From Flavobacteriales bacterium (lineage in GTDB: Bacteria > Bacteroidota > Bacteroidia > UBA4408), in NCBI GenBank assembly GCA_040374085.1, contig JBEIVB010000001.1, positions 10,074-74,073 on the forward strand: a DNA stretch of 64,000 bases. The letters run 5' to 3'. Shown here in pieces: positions 1 through 10,323 of this stretch. The notes below the pieces were generated by a model. That model was not told the origin of the DNA, ran no database searches, and worked only from the letters and a program-made list of their open reading frames with translations. A program made the translations under genes and the position numbers. Position 1 is the stretch's first letter, and each line of letters starts with the position of its first letter.

Positions 1-17
1 GTCCTACCTTTGTAGTC

Positions 18-1994
18 ATGCATCTAGGTAAATCAACGTATTTAATTGGGCTATTTTGGTCCTATTCCATTTGGAGCTTAGCTCAAACAACATGCGGACC
101 AACGGAGTCGAAAAAAGCGGAGAAATTATTTGAGAAAGGAATCAATCGGAAAGCCTACGACACAGAAGAGCGCATTGATTTTCTGAGAAAATCAGTTGAG
201 GAAGATCCGGAATTTGCTCAGGCTTGGCATGCACTTGGATTGTGTTTGGTTGCTAAGGCAAAGGCAATGGGAACTGGAATTGAGCCGAGTAAAAAAGCTT
301 TTGAACAGACCATAGCCCTATGCCCGGAGGGGTTTGCTTATGCCTACTTCTATTTGGGGAAACTCGCATGGATTTCGGGTGATTATAAAAATGCATCGAC
401 GCATCTAAAAAAATTTAACGAGCTGGAAGCGGAGGGAAAGAAGGAAGATGACGTAGTTTGGGCTACCGAATATGCTCAAAGAGCTCGTGCTTTAGATGAT
501 TTACGATCGAAGCCTGTACCCTTTGACCCCTCTCCTATTAGCGGCATTTCAAGTTCTGAAGACGAATTTTTACCCAGCCTTTCTCCTGATAATGAGTGTA
601 TGTTTTATACACATCGGTATATGAAGCAGAGCAGAAATGAGTTGGTGCCTAAACAAACCGAGGAGCTAACCCAGGCTTTTCAATCTGACCAAGATTACAT
701 AAAGCCTATACCTCTCGATAAGCCATTTAATATTCCGGGCGAGGGGTTTGGAGGGGCCACACTTAGCCTTGATAAAAAAGAAATGATTATAACGATTTGC
801 AAAACGGGTAAAAACGGCAAAGTGAACTGTGACCTTTACTCAACGCGATTGGTGGAAGGCAAATGGAGTGCATTCCAAAACTTGGGAGATCTGGTAAATA
901 CGGCAGATGGATGGGAATCGCAGCCCAGCTTATCGGGCGATGGCAAAACCTTATACTTCGCAGGTGCTCGGGCAGACAGCAAAGGCGGCATGGATATTTT
1001 CAAAACCCAGAGGCAGACGAATGGTGAATGGGGAGCAGCCGAAAATCTCGGCGCGCCGATTAACACAAAAGGGAATGAAAAATCACCGTTCATTCATCCC
1101 GACAGTCAAACCTTATACTTTTCTTCTGATGCCCATCCCGGAATGGGTGGATACGATTTGTTCTTTTCCAAGCAAAGCAGTAGCGGATCGTTCAGCACAC
1201 CTCAAAACCTTGGTTACCCAATAAACACCGATCAAGATGAAGTAGCGTTTTCCGTAAGTCTGGATGGGAAACGGGGTTTTTTTTCAACCAACCTTTTAAA
1301 GGGTAAAGGAAGCGGCGGTTGGGATATTTATTCGTTTCCTTTATATGCAGATGCTCAGCCGGAGAAGGTGATCTTTTTTAGGGGCCAAATGGACCTTCCC
1401 AAAGATCAATCTGCAAGAGGAACCAAGCTCCGCATTCAGGGTCTTGATCCACTTCGAGCCTCTGAAATTTCGGTAGACTCGCTTTCCGGAGCTTATTTGG
1501 GCTTGCACACCATTTCAAAATCGGAAACATCCATAACCATCACCCTTCAATCGGAGGAACTGGCCTTCTCCTCTCAGCGCATGGAGGTAAAACCAGATGC
1601 GCCTTTAGAGCCTAGATCAGTTGCCATAAAAGCGCAAAAATTAGAGGATGGAAAAGCCTTTCCAATTTCCGATCTTCAGTACGGAACAAACGCCTCTGAT
1701 TTGGACCCTCTGAGTTATCCGATTTTGGAGTCTTTTGCAGACTATTTGCGCCAACATCCGATGTTACGCATAGAGATTCGTGGCCATACCGATAACAAAG
1801 GTGACCCAGCATCAAACTTAGCCCTTTCAACGGATCGAGCTTTTACGGTGTATGCTTACTTGTTGAATAAGGGTGTACAGAAAAATCGCTTGTCTTTTCA
1901 TGGATACGGGGATTCCAAGCCGGTTGATTCCAATTTAACCGATGCAGGCAGGGCTCGAAACCGGAGAACCGAGTTTTATGTCATGAAACCCTAA
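18..1994 (+). CDS. Outer-membrane-associated protein: TPR-like N-region, TolB-like (PD40) beta-propeller repeats, C-terminal OmpA-like domain
   Basis: 658-aa ORF starting ATG at 18 with hydrophobic signal-like N-terminus. Repeated NLG..(I/V)NT...DG.TLYFSS motifs are typical of PD40/TolB repeats. C-terminus RIEIRGHTDNKGD...LSTDRA...NRRTEF matches the OmpA-family peptidoglycan-binding motif. Confidence 0.7.
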   Translation: MHLGKSTYLIGLFWSYSIWSLAQTTCGPTESKKAEKLFEKGINRKAYDTEERIDFLRKSVEEDPEFAQAWHALGLCLVAKAKAMGTGIEPSKKAFEQTIALCPEGFAYAYFYLGKLAWISGDYKNASTHLKKFNELEAEGKKEDDVVWATEYAQRARALDDLRSKPVPFDPSPISGISSSEDEFLPSLSPDNECMFYTHRYMKQSRNELVPKQTEELTQAFQSDQDYIKPIPLDKPFNIPGEGFGGATLSLDKKEMIITICKTGKNGKVNCDLYSTRLVEGKWSAFQNLGDLVNTADGWESQPSLSGDGKTLYFAGARADSKGGMDIFKTQRQTNGEWGAAENLGAPINTKGNEKSPFIHPDSQTLYFSSDAHPGMGGYDLFFSKQSSSGSFSTPQNLGYPINTDQDEVAFSVSLDGKRGFFSTNLLKGKGSGGWDIYSFPLYADAQPEKVIFFRGQMDLPKDQSARGTKLRIQGLDPLRASEISVDSLSGAYLGLHTISKSETSITITLQSEELAFSSQRMEVKPDAPLEPRSVAIKAQKLEDGKAFPISDLQYGTNASDLDPLSYPILESFADYLRQHPMLRIEIRGHTDNKGDPASNLALSTDRAFTVYAYLLNKGVQKNRLSFHGYGDSKPVDSNLTDAGRARNRRTEFYVMKP

Positions 1995-1999
1995 CCCCC

Positions 2000-2587
2000 A
2001 TGGAGCTTGTTTTAGCAACCCATAACAAAGGCAAAGCTCGGGAGTTTAGTCAAATACTGTCACAGTTTTTGCCTGATATCATTGTATTGAGTCTTGACGA
2101 TTTGGGTATTCCAGGGCCACTAAAGGAAAATGGAAATACCCTAGAGGAGAATGCTGTAGAGAAAGCACTTTGGGTTTATCTGCAAACCGGAAAACCATCT
2201 CTATCCGATGATTCCGGATTGGAGGTTGATGCCTTGGGTGGGGCACCGGGGGTTTACAGCGCGCGCTTTGCAGGCCCGGAAGCAACAGCGGCCGAGAACA
2301 ACAACAAATTGCAGCAATACATGCTTGGTGTTGCCAATCGCCGGGCAAGGTTTAGAACTGTATTGTGTCTGGCTGAGGCTTCCGGCCATAGAACCTGGGA
2401 TGGGGTATTGGAGGGTGAAATTGCGACAGCGCAAAGAGGATCAAAGGGATTTGGATACGATCCATTGTTTATTCCACACGGAACCACTCTAACATTTGCC
2501 GAACTTGAGGAAGAAGAAAAGAATCGAATTTCTCATAGACGGATGGCTTTATCGAAAATGGCCAAACATCTTGTCGAAGAAATTTGA
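2000..2587 (+). CDS. rdgB: Non-canonical purine NTP pyrophosphatase (dITP/XTP pyrophosphatase), RdgB/HAM1 family
   Basis: 195 aa. N-terminal LATHNKGKAREF motif and GFGYDPLF motif are characteristic of the Ham1/RdgB family. Confidence 0.85.
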   Translation: MELVLATHNKGKAREFSQILSQFLPDIIVLSLDDLGIPGPLKENGNTLEENAVEKALWVYLQTGKPSLSDDSGLEVDALGGAPGVYSARFAGPEATAAENNNKLQQYMLGVANRRARFRTVLCLAEASGHRTWDGVLEGEIATAQRGSKGFGYDPLFIPHGTTLTFAELEEEEKNRISHRRMALSKMAKHLVEEI

Positions 2588-2641
2588 TGCTTTATACGCG
2601 TTTTAAAGCCATTTAACCAAACCAACTCATAACTTTGCAGT

Positions 2642-3421
2642 ATGAGAGGAGTGATTTTGTTTGCGTTTTGTTTAATGGGCCTTACGCTCCTTCTTGCGTC
2701 TTGGAATCCTGTTTGGGGTCAAACCGAAAAAGATCTATTCGAAAAAGGCATGCGGTGCCGAAAGGAACACGATTACAAAGATGGCATTTTGAGTTTCCAG
2801 AAATTGATGAAACTGGATTCAGGTAATGCCACCTATGTATCGCAGGGAAGTTACTTCTATAGTCGGTACGGATATTCATTTGCGGAACCAGAGAAAAAAA
2901 CAGCATTTTATAACATTGCAACTTATTTAGCGAGAAAAGCAATTCGCTTAGATCCTACTTTAGCTGAGGCACATTACGCTTATGCCCTCGCTTTAGGAAG
3001 GTTAAACGAAAATGCAAGCACCAAGCAAAAAATTGCCAATTCCAAACTCATAAAATCAGAGTTAGACAAAACGCTTAAGCTGCAACCCAAACATGCAGAT
3101 GCATACCACATATTGGGTCGCTGGCATAGAACCATTGCGGGATTTAATGTTTTTGAAAAACTGGCCATCAATACCTTATTCGGTGGAGTACCGGAAGGAG
3201 GATCCTATGAAGAGGCTATTCAATGCTTCCGAAGTGCAATTTCATACGATCCGACGTATAAACTGCATCATTACGAATTAGCCTTTACCCTAAAGGAAAT
3301 GGGCAAGGAAAAGGATGCGAAAATATGGGCTCAGCGCTGTGTGGCATTACCCACAAAAACACTCGACGATAAAAACACCGACATCAAGGCGAAAGCACTG
3401 TTGGAAGATATAGGTAAATAA
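2642..3421 (+). CDS. Secreted TPR-repeat protein (hypothetical)
   Basis: 259 aa with signal-peptide-like N-terminus (FAFCLMGLTLLLASW). TPR-like helical repeats (AEAHYAYALAL, ADAYHILGRW, EEAIQCFRSAISYDP). Confidence 0.5.
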   Translation: MRGVILFAFCLMGLTLLLASWNPVWGQTEKDLFEKGMRCRKEHDYKDGILSFQKLMKLDSGNATYVSQGSYFYSRYGYSFAEPEKKTAFYNIATYLARKAIRLDPTLAEAHYAYALALGRLNENASTKQKIANSKLIKSELDKTLKLQPKHADAYHILGRWHRTIAGFNVFEKLAINTLFGGVPEGGSYEEAIQCFRSAISYDPTYKLHHYELAFTLKEMGKEKDAKIWAQRCVALPTKTLDDKNTDIKAKALLEDIGK

Positions 3422-3430
3422 GGAATTTAT

Positions 3431-5464
3431 ATGTGTGGCATAGCCGGTATCATAGGATTGCATTCTGAGGCTCAAATTGACCCTGGAATAGGCATAGCCA
3501 TGACGGATGTCCTTCGGCATCGGGGCCCAGATGGCTCCGGATATCTATTGAGTGTATGGAATCCTCCAACTGATTGGGGAAGAAACAGCATCCGAGATGG
3601 TAATCGGCTTTTCTTACACCGCCACTACCCTACCCCATTCTTTTTTGGACATAGGCGCCTAAGCATCATTGATCTAAGCAGTCAGGCCAGCCAACCCATG
3701 GAGGATGCAGACCACCTGCATTGGATTGTTTTTAATGGTGAAATATTCAACCACCGGGAGATTCGCTTGGAATTGCAAGGATTGGGATTTCATTTCAAAA
3801 CAGACCACTCCGATACAGAAGTAATCCTGAACGCATACAAAGCATGGGGGTTTAAATGTCTGGAACGATTCAGGGGTATGTTTGCTTTTGTATTATATGA
3901 CGTGCGAATGGATCGGTTTTGGGTGGTTCGAGATCGCATGGGCATCAAGCCACTGTTTTTCACATCGCACGAAGGTTGTTTTCTTTTTGCTAGTGAAATA
4001 AAAGCCTTGCTGAGATTTCCGGGCTTAAAGCGGGAAATGGATGGCCAGGCTCTTTCGGATTTTTTATCGCTTCAATCGGTTCCGGCACCCCGCACCTTTT
4101 TTAAGGGGATATCCAAACTTCAACCCGGGCATTACCTAACCATTGAGTCCGGTAAGATATCGGAACCACATGCCTATTGGAACCCGCTAAAAATCCCAAA
4201 ATCCAGTGAAGACGCCTCTGCAGCGCGTGAAAACCTAAGGACTATTTTTTCAGAATCGGTCAACCTGAGAAGGGAAGCAGATGTTCCCTATGGTTCATTG
4301 CTTTCCGGTGGATTGGATTCGAGCATTACGTTGGCAACCTTAGCTAAATTGGTTGAACAACCTCCTAAGACGTTTACAGTTGGTTTTCCAGAGAGCGATC
4401 AATACACAAATGAATTTTCATATGCCCGCGAGATGTCGGAGCTGTTTCTCTCGGAACACCACGAAATCATGTTGGGCCCAGAAGATTTTGAGGTTTTTTT
4501 TGATGAGCTCGCTTGGGTGATGGATGAACCAATGGCAGATACCGCCAACATCCCAATTTACCACATTTCTCGACTTGCGAAATCCAAAGGAGTCACCATT
4601 TTAATGGGAGGCGAGGGATCTGATGAAATTTTTATTGGCTACGTATTGTGGAAACATCATCACAATTTTTTGCGTCTCGCCGGAAAGAAAAGGAGAATGT
4701 GGCGTTTAAAAATTCTGGACTTTGTCGTAAATCTGCCCGTTGTGAAAAAGAAGCGACCATTTTATGCTCTGTGGTCAAAACGTTTACTTAACAATCAATC
4801 TTCTTTTTGGGGAGGAACAGACAATTGGGATGAGGATGAAAAGCAGCAACATTTTCAATCCGCTTTTAAAGAGAAGCATCGAATAGCATCTACCTATCAA
4901 TCCATTAGACCCATTCATCAGCGCTTTGTTGCTTCCGGCAGAACTTCCGCTCTTGACTTTATGACCTACTTAGATTTAACCGTTCGTTTGCCCGAACTGC
5001 TCCTAGCCAGGTTAGATCGAATGACTATGGCGGCATCCGTAGAAGGCCGTGTTCCATTTTTGGATCATCATTTGGTGGAGTTTGCATTTAGCTTAAACAA
5101 CAAGCTGAAATTGAAATCCGGCATTGAGAAAGCCATTTTAAAGCATGCATACGAAGGGCAATTGCCTAAACACATTGTTTACCGCAAGAAAGATGGATTT
5201 ACGATACCACTTAAGCAGGTTTTTTCCGGCAAGCTATGGGAAAAGGCAAAAATCATTATACATGAATTTAATAAGCAGGAAAACGTATTCGATCCCTCTT
5301 TTTTAGATGATCTGTTTGCGAGAGAAGCACATCAACAGATTCTGTTTTTGTATGGCATTGCCCGTTGGTGGGAATGCTACATTAAGCCAGAATCATTGGA
5401 CCTTGTTGCTCCTTCGTTGTACAGTGTTAAACAAGAAGCTGGAAAAGTGCCGCCTCAAACCTGA
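3431..5464 (+). CDS. asnB: Asparagine synthase (glutamine-hydrolysing)
   Basis: Starts MCGIAG (class-II glutamine amidotransferase Cys2 nucleophile). PP-loop SGGLDSS in the synthetase domain. 677 aa. Confidence 0.85.
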   Translation: MCGIAGIIGLHSEAQIDPGIGIAMTDVLRHRGPDGSGYLLSVWNPPTDWGRNSIRDGNRLFLHRHYPTPFFFGHRRLSIIDLSSQASQPMEDADHLHWIVFNGEIFNHREIRLELQGLGFHFKTDHSDTEVILNAYKAWGFKCLERFRGMFAFVLYDVRMDRFWVVRDRMGIKPLFFTSHEGCFLFASEIKALLRFPGLKREMDGQALSDFLSLQSVPAPRTFFKGISKLQPGHYLTIESGKISEPHAYWNPLKIPKSSEDASAARENLRTIFSESVNLRREADVPYGSLLSGGLDSSITLATLAKLVEQPPKTFTVGFPESDQYTNEFSYAREMSELFLSEHHEIMLGPEDFEVFFDELAWVMDEPMADTANIPIYHISRLAKSKGVTILMGGEGSDEIFIGYVLWKHHHNFLRLAGKKRRMWRLKILDFVVNLPVVKKKRPFYALWSKRLLNNQSSFWGGTDNWDEDEKQQHFQSAFKEKHRIASTYQSIRPIHQRFVASGRTSALDFMTYLDLTVRLPELLLARLDRMTMAASVEGRVPFLDHHLVEFAFSLNNKLKLKSGIEKAILKHAYEGQLPKHIVYRKKDGFTIPLKQVFSGKLWEKAKIIIHEFNKQENVFDPSFLDDLFAREAHQQILFLYGIARWWECYIKPESLDLVAPSLYSVKQEAGKVPPQT

Positions 5465-5579
5465 AGGTTTCCATTCCGGCAATTCGAAAATTGCACTTGA
5501 GGATTTAATGTAACTAAACACAGAAGTGGCATTTCGCATTGCGAAAATCGAGCCATCTGTAATGCTCAATATGAGGGGT

Positions 5580-6665
5580 TTACTTTTTCTCGTGTAATTC
5601 GGGAACAATCAACCGCATAAGTTGATTGTAGGTAATGTCTGAAATATCGACCTGCCCGTGCTTGCAGTATATACCACCCCAATTGTAGGCAACCCTCCGA
5701 AACTCAGTTTGTCTGCCGTTGAGCAAAACTCGGGTCCTCAACATCATGTAATTAACGCCTTCAATGGTATCTTGTCTGAGGTTCAGAACCGTAACGGAGT
5801 CCTTATGGGAATTCCATTGTTTTAACCTTTCGGCCCTTTCGGATTTCTTCTTTTCATCCGCCTCGACCTTTGCTCTAGCTTCTTGGTCTTTGCGTTCCAA
5901 GGTGGCCTTTCTAATCCTTTCACGTTCCTCCTCCAAATCTGCTTTTCTTCTGTTCTCCTCCTCTTCCCTTTCGGTCTTTCGGGAAGCAATAAAGGGCTTG
6001 GATTGAGCGCCTTTTGTGTCCTCCTTAAATGTGTTGTTTTCGGCCGACTTGCGCTTTTCCAACTCGCTTGCCGCCTTTTCCTCTTGTTTCTTTCGATCTT
6101 CTAATTCCTTTGCAGCCTTTTCCTGTGCTTCAAGCTGTTCTTTTTTTGCCTGCTTTGCCTGCTGCTTTATTTTACGGTCAACCTCATCCTGAAGCTGTTC
6201 CAAACGCTTTTTCAGCATCTTATCCACGGTGTAATCAAAATTCTTCTCCTTGGCGGAGTAAAAGATAGCTCCAATTGGCTGGTTCAAAACCGAAACATCC
6301 AAATCGGGCATTTCTTTGAATAGCCTTATTTCCATAAAAAAACGATAGTCATCTGCAGATGGGTCGTTCACGTTAGAGGTAGAAAGGGTTATCATCTTGC
6401 CAACATAACCTGCCTTACTGCAGCGAATAATCAGCTCTTGGTTGGGCCCAACTTCAAACAAAAAACTTCCGCTGTATCCGGTTTGGCTTGATTTCAGCGA
6501 AGTGCCCCCAGCCAAAATTTCGATGTTGGCATTCTCAATCGGCTTTGTGGTTGCCTCATCTTTTACCAAGCCATCTAGTTTTAACTTCCACTGACCCTGC
6601 ACAGAAAGGCTGAGAAAAACGAACAAAAATAGAAGCCTAAAACAGGGTGCAACAGAAGACGCCAT
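5580..6665 (-). CDS. Secreted hypothetical protein: CarboxypepD_reg-like N-domain, long Lys/Glu-rich coiled-coil segment, conserved C-terminal domain
   Basis: 361 aa. Signal peptide (LLFLFVFLSLSVQG). N-domain (NANIEILAGG...TGYSGSFLFEV...GYVGKMITL) resembles the carboxypeptidase-regulatory-like beta-sandwich. ~130 aa of KQQAKQAKKEQLEAQEKAAKELEDRKKQEEK... charged heptad-like sequence. Confidence 0.5.
   Translation of the reverse strand: MASSVAPCFRLLFLFVFLSLSVQGQWKLKLDGLVKDEATTKPIENANIEILAGGTSLKSSQTGYSGSFLFEVGPNQELIIRCSKAGYVGKMITLSTSNVNDPSADDYRFFMEIRLFKEMPDLDVSVLNQPIGAIFYSAKEKNFDYTVDKMLKKRLEQLQDEVDRKIKQQAKQAKKEQLEAQEKAAKELEDRKKQEEKAASELEKRKSAENNTFKEDTKGAQSKPFIASRKTEREEEENRRKADLEEERERIRKATLERKDQEARAKVEADEKKKSERAERLKQWNSHKDSVTVLNLRQDTIEGVNYMMLRTRVLLNGRQTEFRRVAYNWGGIYCKHGQVDISDITYNQLMRLIVPELHEKK
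5795..6170. repeat. Low-complexity purine-rich (GAA/GAG/AAG codon) coding segment of the K/E-rich protein
   Basis: Nucleotide low complexity is visible as ttcctcctcttcc / ctttc runs on the + strand. It generates three spurious + strand ORFs (5764-6006, 5883-6104, 6029-6268). Confidence 0.5.
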
Positions 6666-6719
6666 AGAACAAATATAGCCTAAAACTGCCCACCAAATTG
6701 GGCTCAGGAGGTTATTTGT

Positions 6720-7313
6720 TTAGGACGAAACCGACGTATGTCCAGAATCAGAAAAAATAAACAAAGCTGACTCTGGCCCAACGTTGAAAAACAAATCGAG
6801 GATGCTCATGAACGGGACAAACGGTCGAGAGTCAGAAAAAACTTGATGATAAAAAGGATGCGGTAGCTCCGAAAAATCATCTATCGTGGAGTCGGCGTGT
6901 CTGTATTGAACAAAGTCCTTACTCATCCTCAACCACTTCAGAATAACATCCATGTGGCGGCGGCTTTGCTCTATAAAGCGCTCGGATGGATCTCGAAACA
7001 AATGGTCAACATCAGGTGCGTAAAAAGGGAAATAAGGGGCTTTTTGGTATGCCGCTTCTATGGTTCGCCAATGTTGAATTGGCCAATTCTCTTTAAATGA
7101 GATGGCTATCTCTTCAACAGGTCCATCGAGTGAGGCGGAAATCAGCGGGATTGATAAGCCATGAGGGCCATCGGCCATGGACACATACATGCGATTTAGC
7201 CCTTGCTGCTTTTTTATTGGGTTTCCAAGATCTACCGTAGGAGGGGCTTGGGAGAACAAGAGTTGATAATAGGCAGGCTTAGCAAACCAAACAGGTGGAA
7301 GACCAACCATCAT
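6720..7313 (-). CDS. WbqC-like family protein (LPS/O-antigen-locus-associated, function unknown)
   Basis: 197 aa. Sequence character matches the WbqC-like family (my recollection of Pfam PF08889). Start overlaps lepB stop by 4 nt. Confidence 0.45.
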   Translation of the reverse strand: MMVGLPPVWFAKPAYYQLLFSQAPPTVDLGNPIKKQQGLNRMYVSMADGPHGLSIPLISASLDGPVEEIAISFKENWPIQHWRTIEAAYQKAPYFPFYAPDVDHLFRDPSERFIEQSRRHMDVILKWLRMSKDFVQYRHADSTIDDFSELPHPFYHQVFSDSRPFVPFMSILDLFFNVGPESALFIFSDSGHTSVSS

Positions 7314-8584
7314 CCTTTAGCAACCTTCTTTTTGCGGCGCATTCTTCCGATTAAATATATGCCCAAACCTATACCCGCGACCGGAAAAAACCAGGATGTT
7401 GTTGAACCATCTGTATTGATGGTGCTGAACACACGGTTGTATCGGATCTTCTGAAACAGATTGGTGGCATAGTTGTTTAGACTCATCCAAATGAATACAG
7501 CCTTTCCCACCACGTGGTCTTCGGGAACAAAACCCCAAAAGCGCGAGTCGAGCGAATTGTGACGATTGTCGCCCATCATAAAGAAATAATTCATTTGGAA
7601 CTTATACTCAGATGCGGGTTTTCCGTCGATCCGAATATTCCCCCCATCTGTGCTTAATGCATGCCCTTCGTACACGGTGATGAGGCGCGCGTACAAGGGT
7701 AGATTCCCCAAGGTCAATTTTACGGTTTTGCCCTTGCTGGGTATTTCTATAGGCCCAAAGTTATCGACATTCCAAACGTTGTTTCCGGATTGAGGAAAAA
7801 TATTGGGGTCTGCATACGATTGGCCATCCTTTTCTATATGAGGCTTGAGCGAAACCACATTGCCAAAACCTTTTATCGCTTCTGCAGCCTTTCCCGTCAT
7901 AAATGCCTGATATTCAGTTCCGGGCGCTTGGCCACTTTCAAACAATTCGTACACATCCAGCTTGCGAAGAGCCTCAGGGTTTAGTGGATTGCCATCGGTT
8001 TGAATATCGTAACGAAGTTGTAAATTCTTGGGACATTCGGCTTTTTTTCCGTTCACCCACAAGACACCTTGCTTCACCTCTAAAACATCGTCCGGAATGC
8101 CTACGCAGCGCTTGATGTAGTTCTTGCGCTTGTCTACCGGACGAAACTCTTCCATTGGATAATTGAACACGACCACATCGTTGCGCTGCACTTTTCCCAT
8201 GCCAGGTAAGCGCATATAGGGTAACTTAAGCCACTCCAGATATGACTTTGAATTGGTTATGGGCATGGTGTGGTGGACAAAAGGAAAAGACAGCGGTGTA
8301 TTGGGAACCCTGGGGCCATAGGAGAGCTTACTTACAAACAGAAAATCACCTATGAGGAGACTCCGTTCCATAGAAGCAGTGGGAATGGTAAATGCCTCAA
8401 ACAAAAACGTGCGGATAAGAGTAGCAGCAATTACTGCAAAAAGAATTGCCTCTGCCCATTCACGTTTAAGTGATTTCTTCTTATTGCTTTTCCGCAGCAG
8501 GAAATACAATCCAAAAGTAATAATACCCAAAATGATTTTTAACCACCAGGGATAGGAAGTATTTTGGGCTTGATTGGCCGACAT
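7310..8584 (-). CDS. lepB: Signal peptidase I
   Basis: N-terminal TM segment. Box B SMERSLLIGD (catalytic Ser) and box D/E GDNRHNSLDSRFWGFVPEDHVVGKAVFIWMS are diagnostic of S26 signal peptidase I. Confidence 0.85.
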   Translation of the reverse strand: MSANQAQNTSYPWWLKIILGIITFGLYFLLRKSNKKKSLKREWAEAILFAVIAATLIRTFLFEAFTIPTASMERSLLIGDFLFVSKLSYGPRVPNTPLSFPFVHHTMPITNSKSYLEWLKLPYMRLPGMGKVQRNDVVVFNYPMEEFRPVDKRKNYIKRCVGIPDDVLEVKQGVLWVNGKKAECPKNLQLRYDIQTDGNPLNPEALRKLDVYELFESGQAPGTEYQAFMTGKAAEAIKGFGNVVSLKPHIEKDGQSYADPNIFPQSGNNVWNVDNFGPIEIPSKGKTVKLTLGNLPLYARLITVYEGHALSTDGGNIRIDGKPASEYKFQMNYFFMMGDNRHNSLDSRFWGFVPEDHVVGKAVFIWMSLNNYATNLFQKIRYNRVFSTINTDGSTTSWFFPVAGIGLGIYLIGRMRRKKKVAKG

Positions 8585-8658
8585 CTGATCAAATTTTGGG
8601 TAAAGAAAACGGTTTTTCGCGGTATATGCGAAGATGCATTAACAGGATTTAACTGCCC

Positions 8659-10323
8659 CTACTTCGTACGCCACTCCAGTATTCGATTTAAAAGCGCTTG
8701 GGTAGATGCATCCGATGCTGAGGGCCTTTGGTTCCCACTTAGGAATGGGAGGAGACGGTTGGCCAAATGTTTTCCCAGTTCAACGCCCCATTGATCAAAA
8801 CTGAACACATTCCAAATTACACCTTGAACAAAAATCCGGTGCTCATAATATGCCACTAGCTGACCCAGCGTCCGAGGTCCCATTTGTTTCGAAAGGAACA
8901 CATTCGACGGACGATTTCCATTAAAAACCTTATAGGGCACCCATGTCTTCCACTCGCTTTCTGGCCTGCCGGTTTTCTCAAATTCAGCGCGCACCTGGTC
9001 CTCCGATTTACCCAGCATAAGTGCTTGAGGCTGGGCAAGAAAATTGGCTAAAAGCATGGGGTGGTGTTGCCCCAACTCTTGAAGGCTATTGGCCGGTGCA
9101 ATAAAATCGACCGGAATCAAACGCGTGCCTTGATGCAAGAGTTGAAAAAAAGCGTGCTGACCGTTGGTACCGGGCTCTCCCCAAATGATGGGACCGGTAT
9201 GATAATCAGTTTGCAGTCCGTTCCTGTCAATGGATTTACCGTTGCTTTCCATATCTGCTTGCTGCAGGTAAGCGGGCAAGCGATGAAGGTATTGGTCGTA
9301 GGGAATAACTGCATGGGCATGAGAGTCAAAGAATTCATGGTACCAGATTCCAAGCATGGCACCAACAACGGGAATGTTTTGGGGGAAGGGTGTGGTGGCG
9401 AAATGTTGATCCATTTCATGCGCACCATCCAGCAAGTCTTGAAACCGATCAAATCCAATACCCAACGCAATGCTAAGGCCTATGGCGCTCCACAAGGAAT
9501 ACCTGCCTCCCACCCAATCCCAAAAACCAAACACACAATCGGCATCGATTCCGAAATCGGCAACTGCGCTCAGGTTTGTAGATAGAGCCACAAAGTGTTT
9601 GGATACTGCCTCTTCGGTTCCAGCTGCCGAAACGAGCCAATCGCGGGCAGATTGGGCGTTGGACATCGTTTCCTGAGTCGTGAACGTTTTAGATGCCACC
9701 AAAAAAAGTGTGGATGCAGGGTCGAGGTGCTTGAGGGTTTCAACAAGATGCACCCCGTCCACGTTAGAAACAAAATGCACCGAGATTCCTTTATCTGCAT
9801 AGGCTTTGAGGGCTTCTGTAACCATAACCGGACCAAGATCAGACCCCCCAATTCCGATGTTCACTACATGGGCAAAAGGTTTGCCGCTGTATCCTTTTCG
9901 ATGCCCGCTGTGGACCTCATCGCAAAAAACGCGCATGCAGTTTAAAACGCGCTGTACTTCAGGCATTACATCCTCACCATCTACCAAAACCTTCTGATGT
10001 GGAGGGGTACGCAAAGCGGTATGCAAAACGGGCCTTCCCTCGGTTCTATTGATGGCCTCGCCCGAAAACATAGCCTGAATTGCGGCTTGCAAACCGCACT
10101 CTTCAGCCCATTTCATCAGCAGGTCAAAGCCTTGTCTGTCAATCCTATTTTTAGAAAAATCGAAGTACCAGTCGTTCCAGAGGAAGGTTAAATACTCCAG
10201 GCGCTTTTCTTCGCTGGCAAAAGCAGCAGAGATCGTGAATGAATCCCATTTGCGGGCAGATTCAGCAAGCTTTTTATAAGATAGGCAATGCTTGGGGTTT
10301 GTATTGGGGAATATCGCACTCAC
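8659..10323 (-). CDS. pgi: Glucose-6-phosphate isomerase
   Basis: 554 aa with PGI-family motifs throughout ([26 protein letters not shown], ...HQGT...). Stop overlaps lepB region, start overlaps GH13 gene by 4 nt. Confidence 0.9.
   Translation of the reverse strand: MSAIFPNTNPKHCLSYKKLAESARKWDSFTISAAFASEEKRLEYLTFLWNDWYFDFSKNRIDRQGFDLLMKWAEECGLQAAIQAMFSGEAINRTEGRPVLHTALRTPPHQKVLVDGEDVMPEVQRVLNCMRVFCDEVHSGHRKGYSGKPFAHVVNIGIGGSDLGPVMVTEALKAYADKGISVHFVSNVDGVHLVETLKHLDPASTLFLVASKTFTTQETMSNAQSARDWLVSAAGTEEAVSKHFVALSTNLSAVADFGIDADCVFGFWDWVGGRYSLWSAIGLSIALGIGFDRFQDLLDGAHEMDQHFATTPFPQNIPVVGAMLGIWYHEFFDSHAHAVIPYDQYLHRLPAYLQQADMESNGKSIDRNGLQTDYHTGPIIWGEPGTNGQHAFFQLLHQGTRLIPVDFIAPANSLQELGQHHPMLLANFLAQPQALMLGKSEDQVRAEFEKTGRPESEWKTWVPYKVFNGNRPSNVFLSKQMGPRTLGQLVAYYEHRIFVQGVIWNVFSFDQWGVELGKHLANRLLPFLSGNQRPSASDASTQALLNRILEWRTK

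Noticed and set aside
5465-5579. Two short inverted repeats (GCAATT-cgaa-AATTGC and TTTCGC-att-GCGAAA) between convergent asnB and the K/E-rich protein gene, as possible terminators
   Set aside because: Stems are short and AT-rich, and neither is followed by a U-run on either strand, so confidence is too low to call terminators.
5764-6268. Three overlapping + strand ORFs (80, 73, 79 aa) rich in Ser/Phe/Leu
   Set aside because: They lie antisense to the Lys/Glu-rich coiled-coil coding region of the 5580-6665 gene and are compositional artefacts.
9061-9585. 174-aa + strand ORF inside pgi
   Set aside because: Antisense to a highly conserved housekeeping gene. Spurious.
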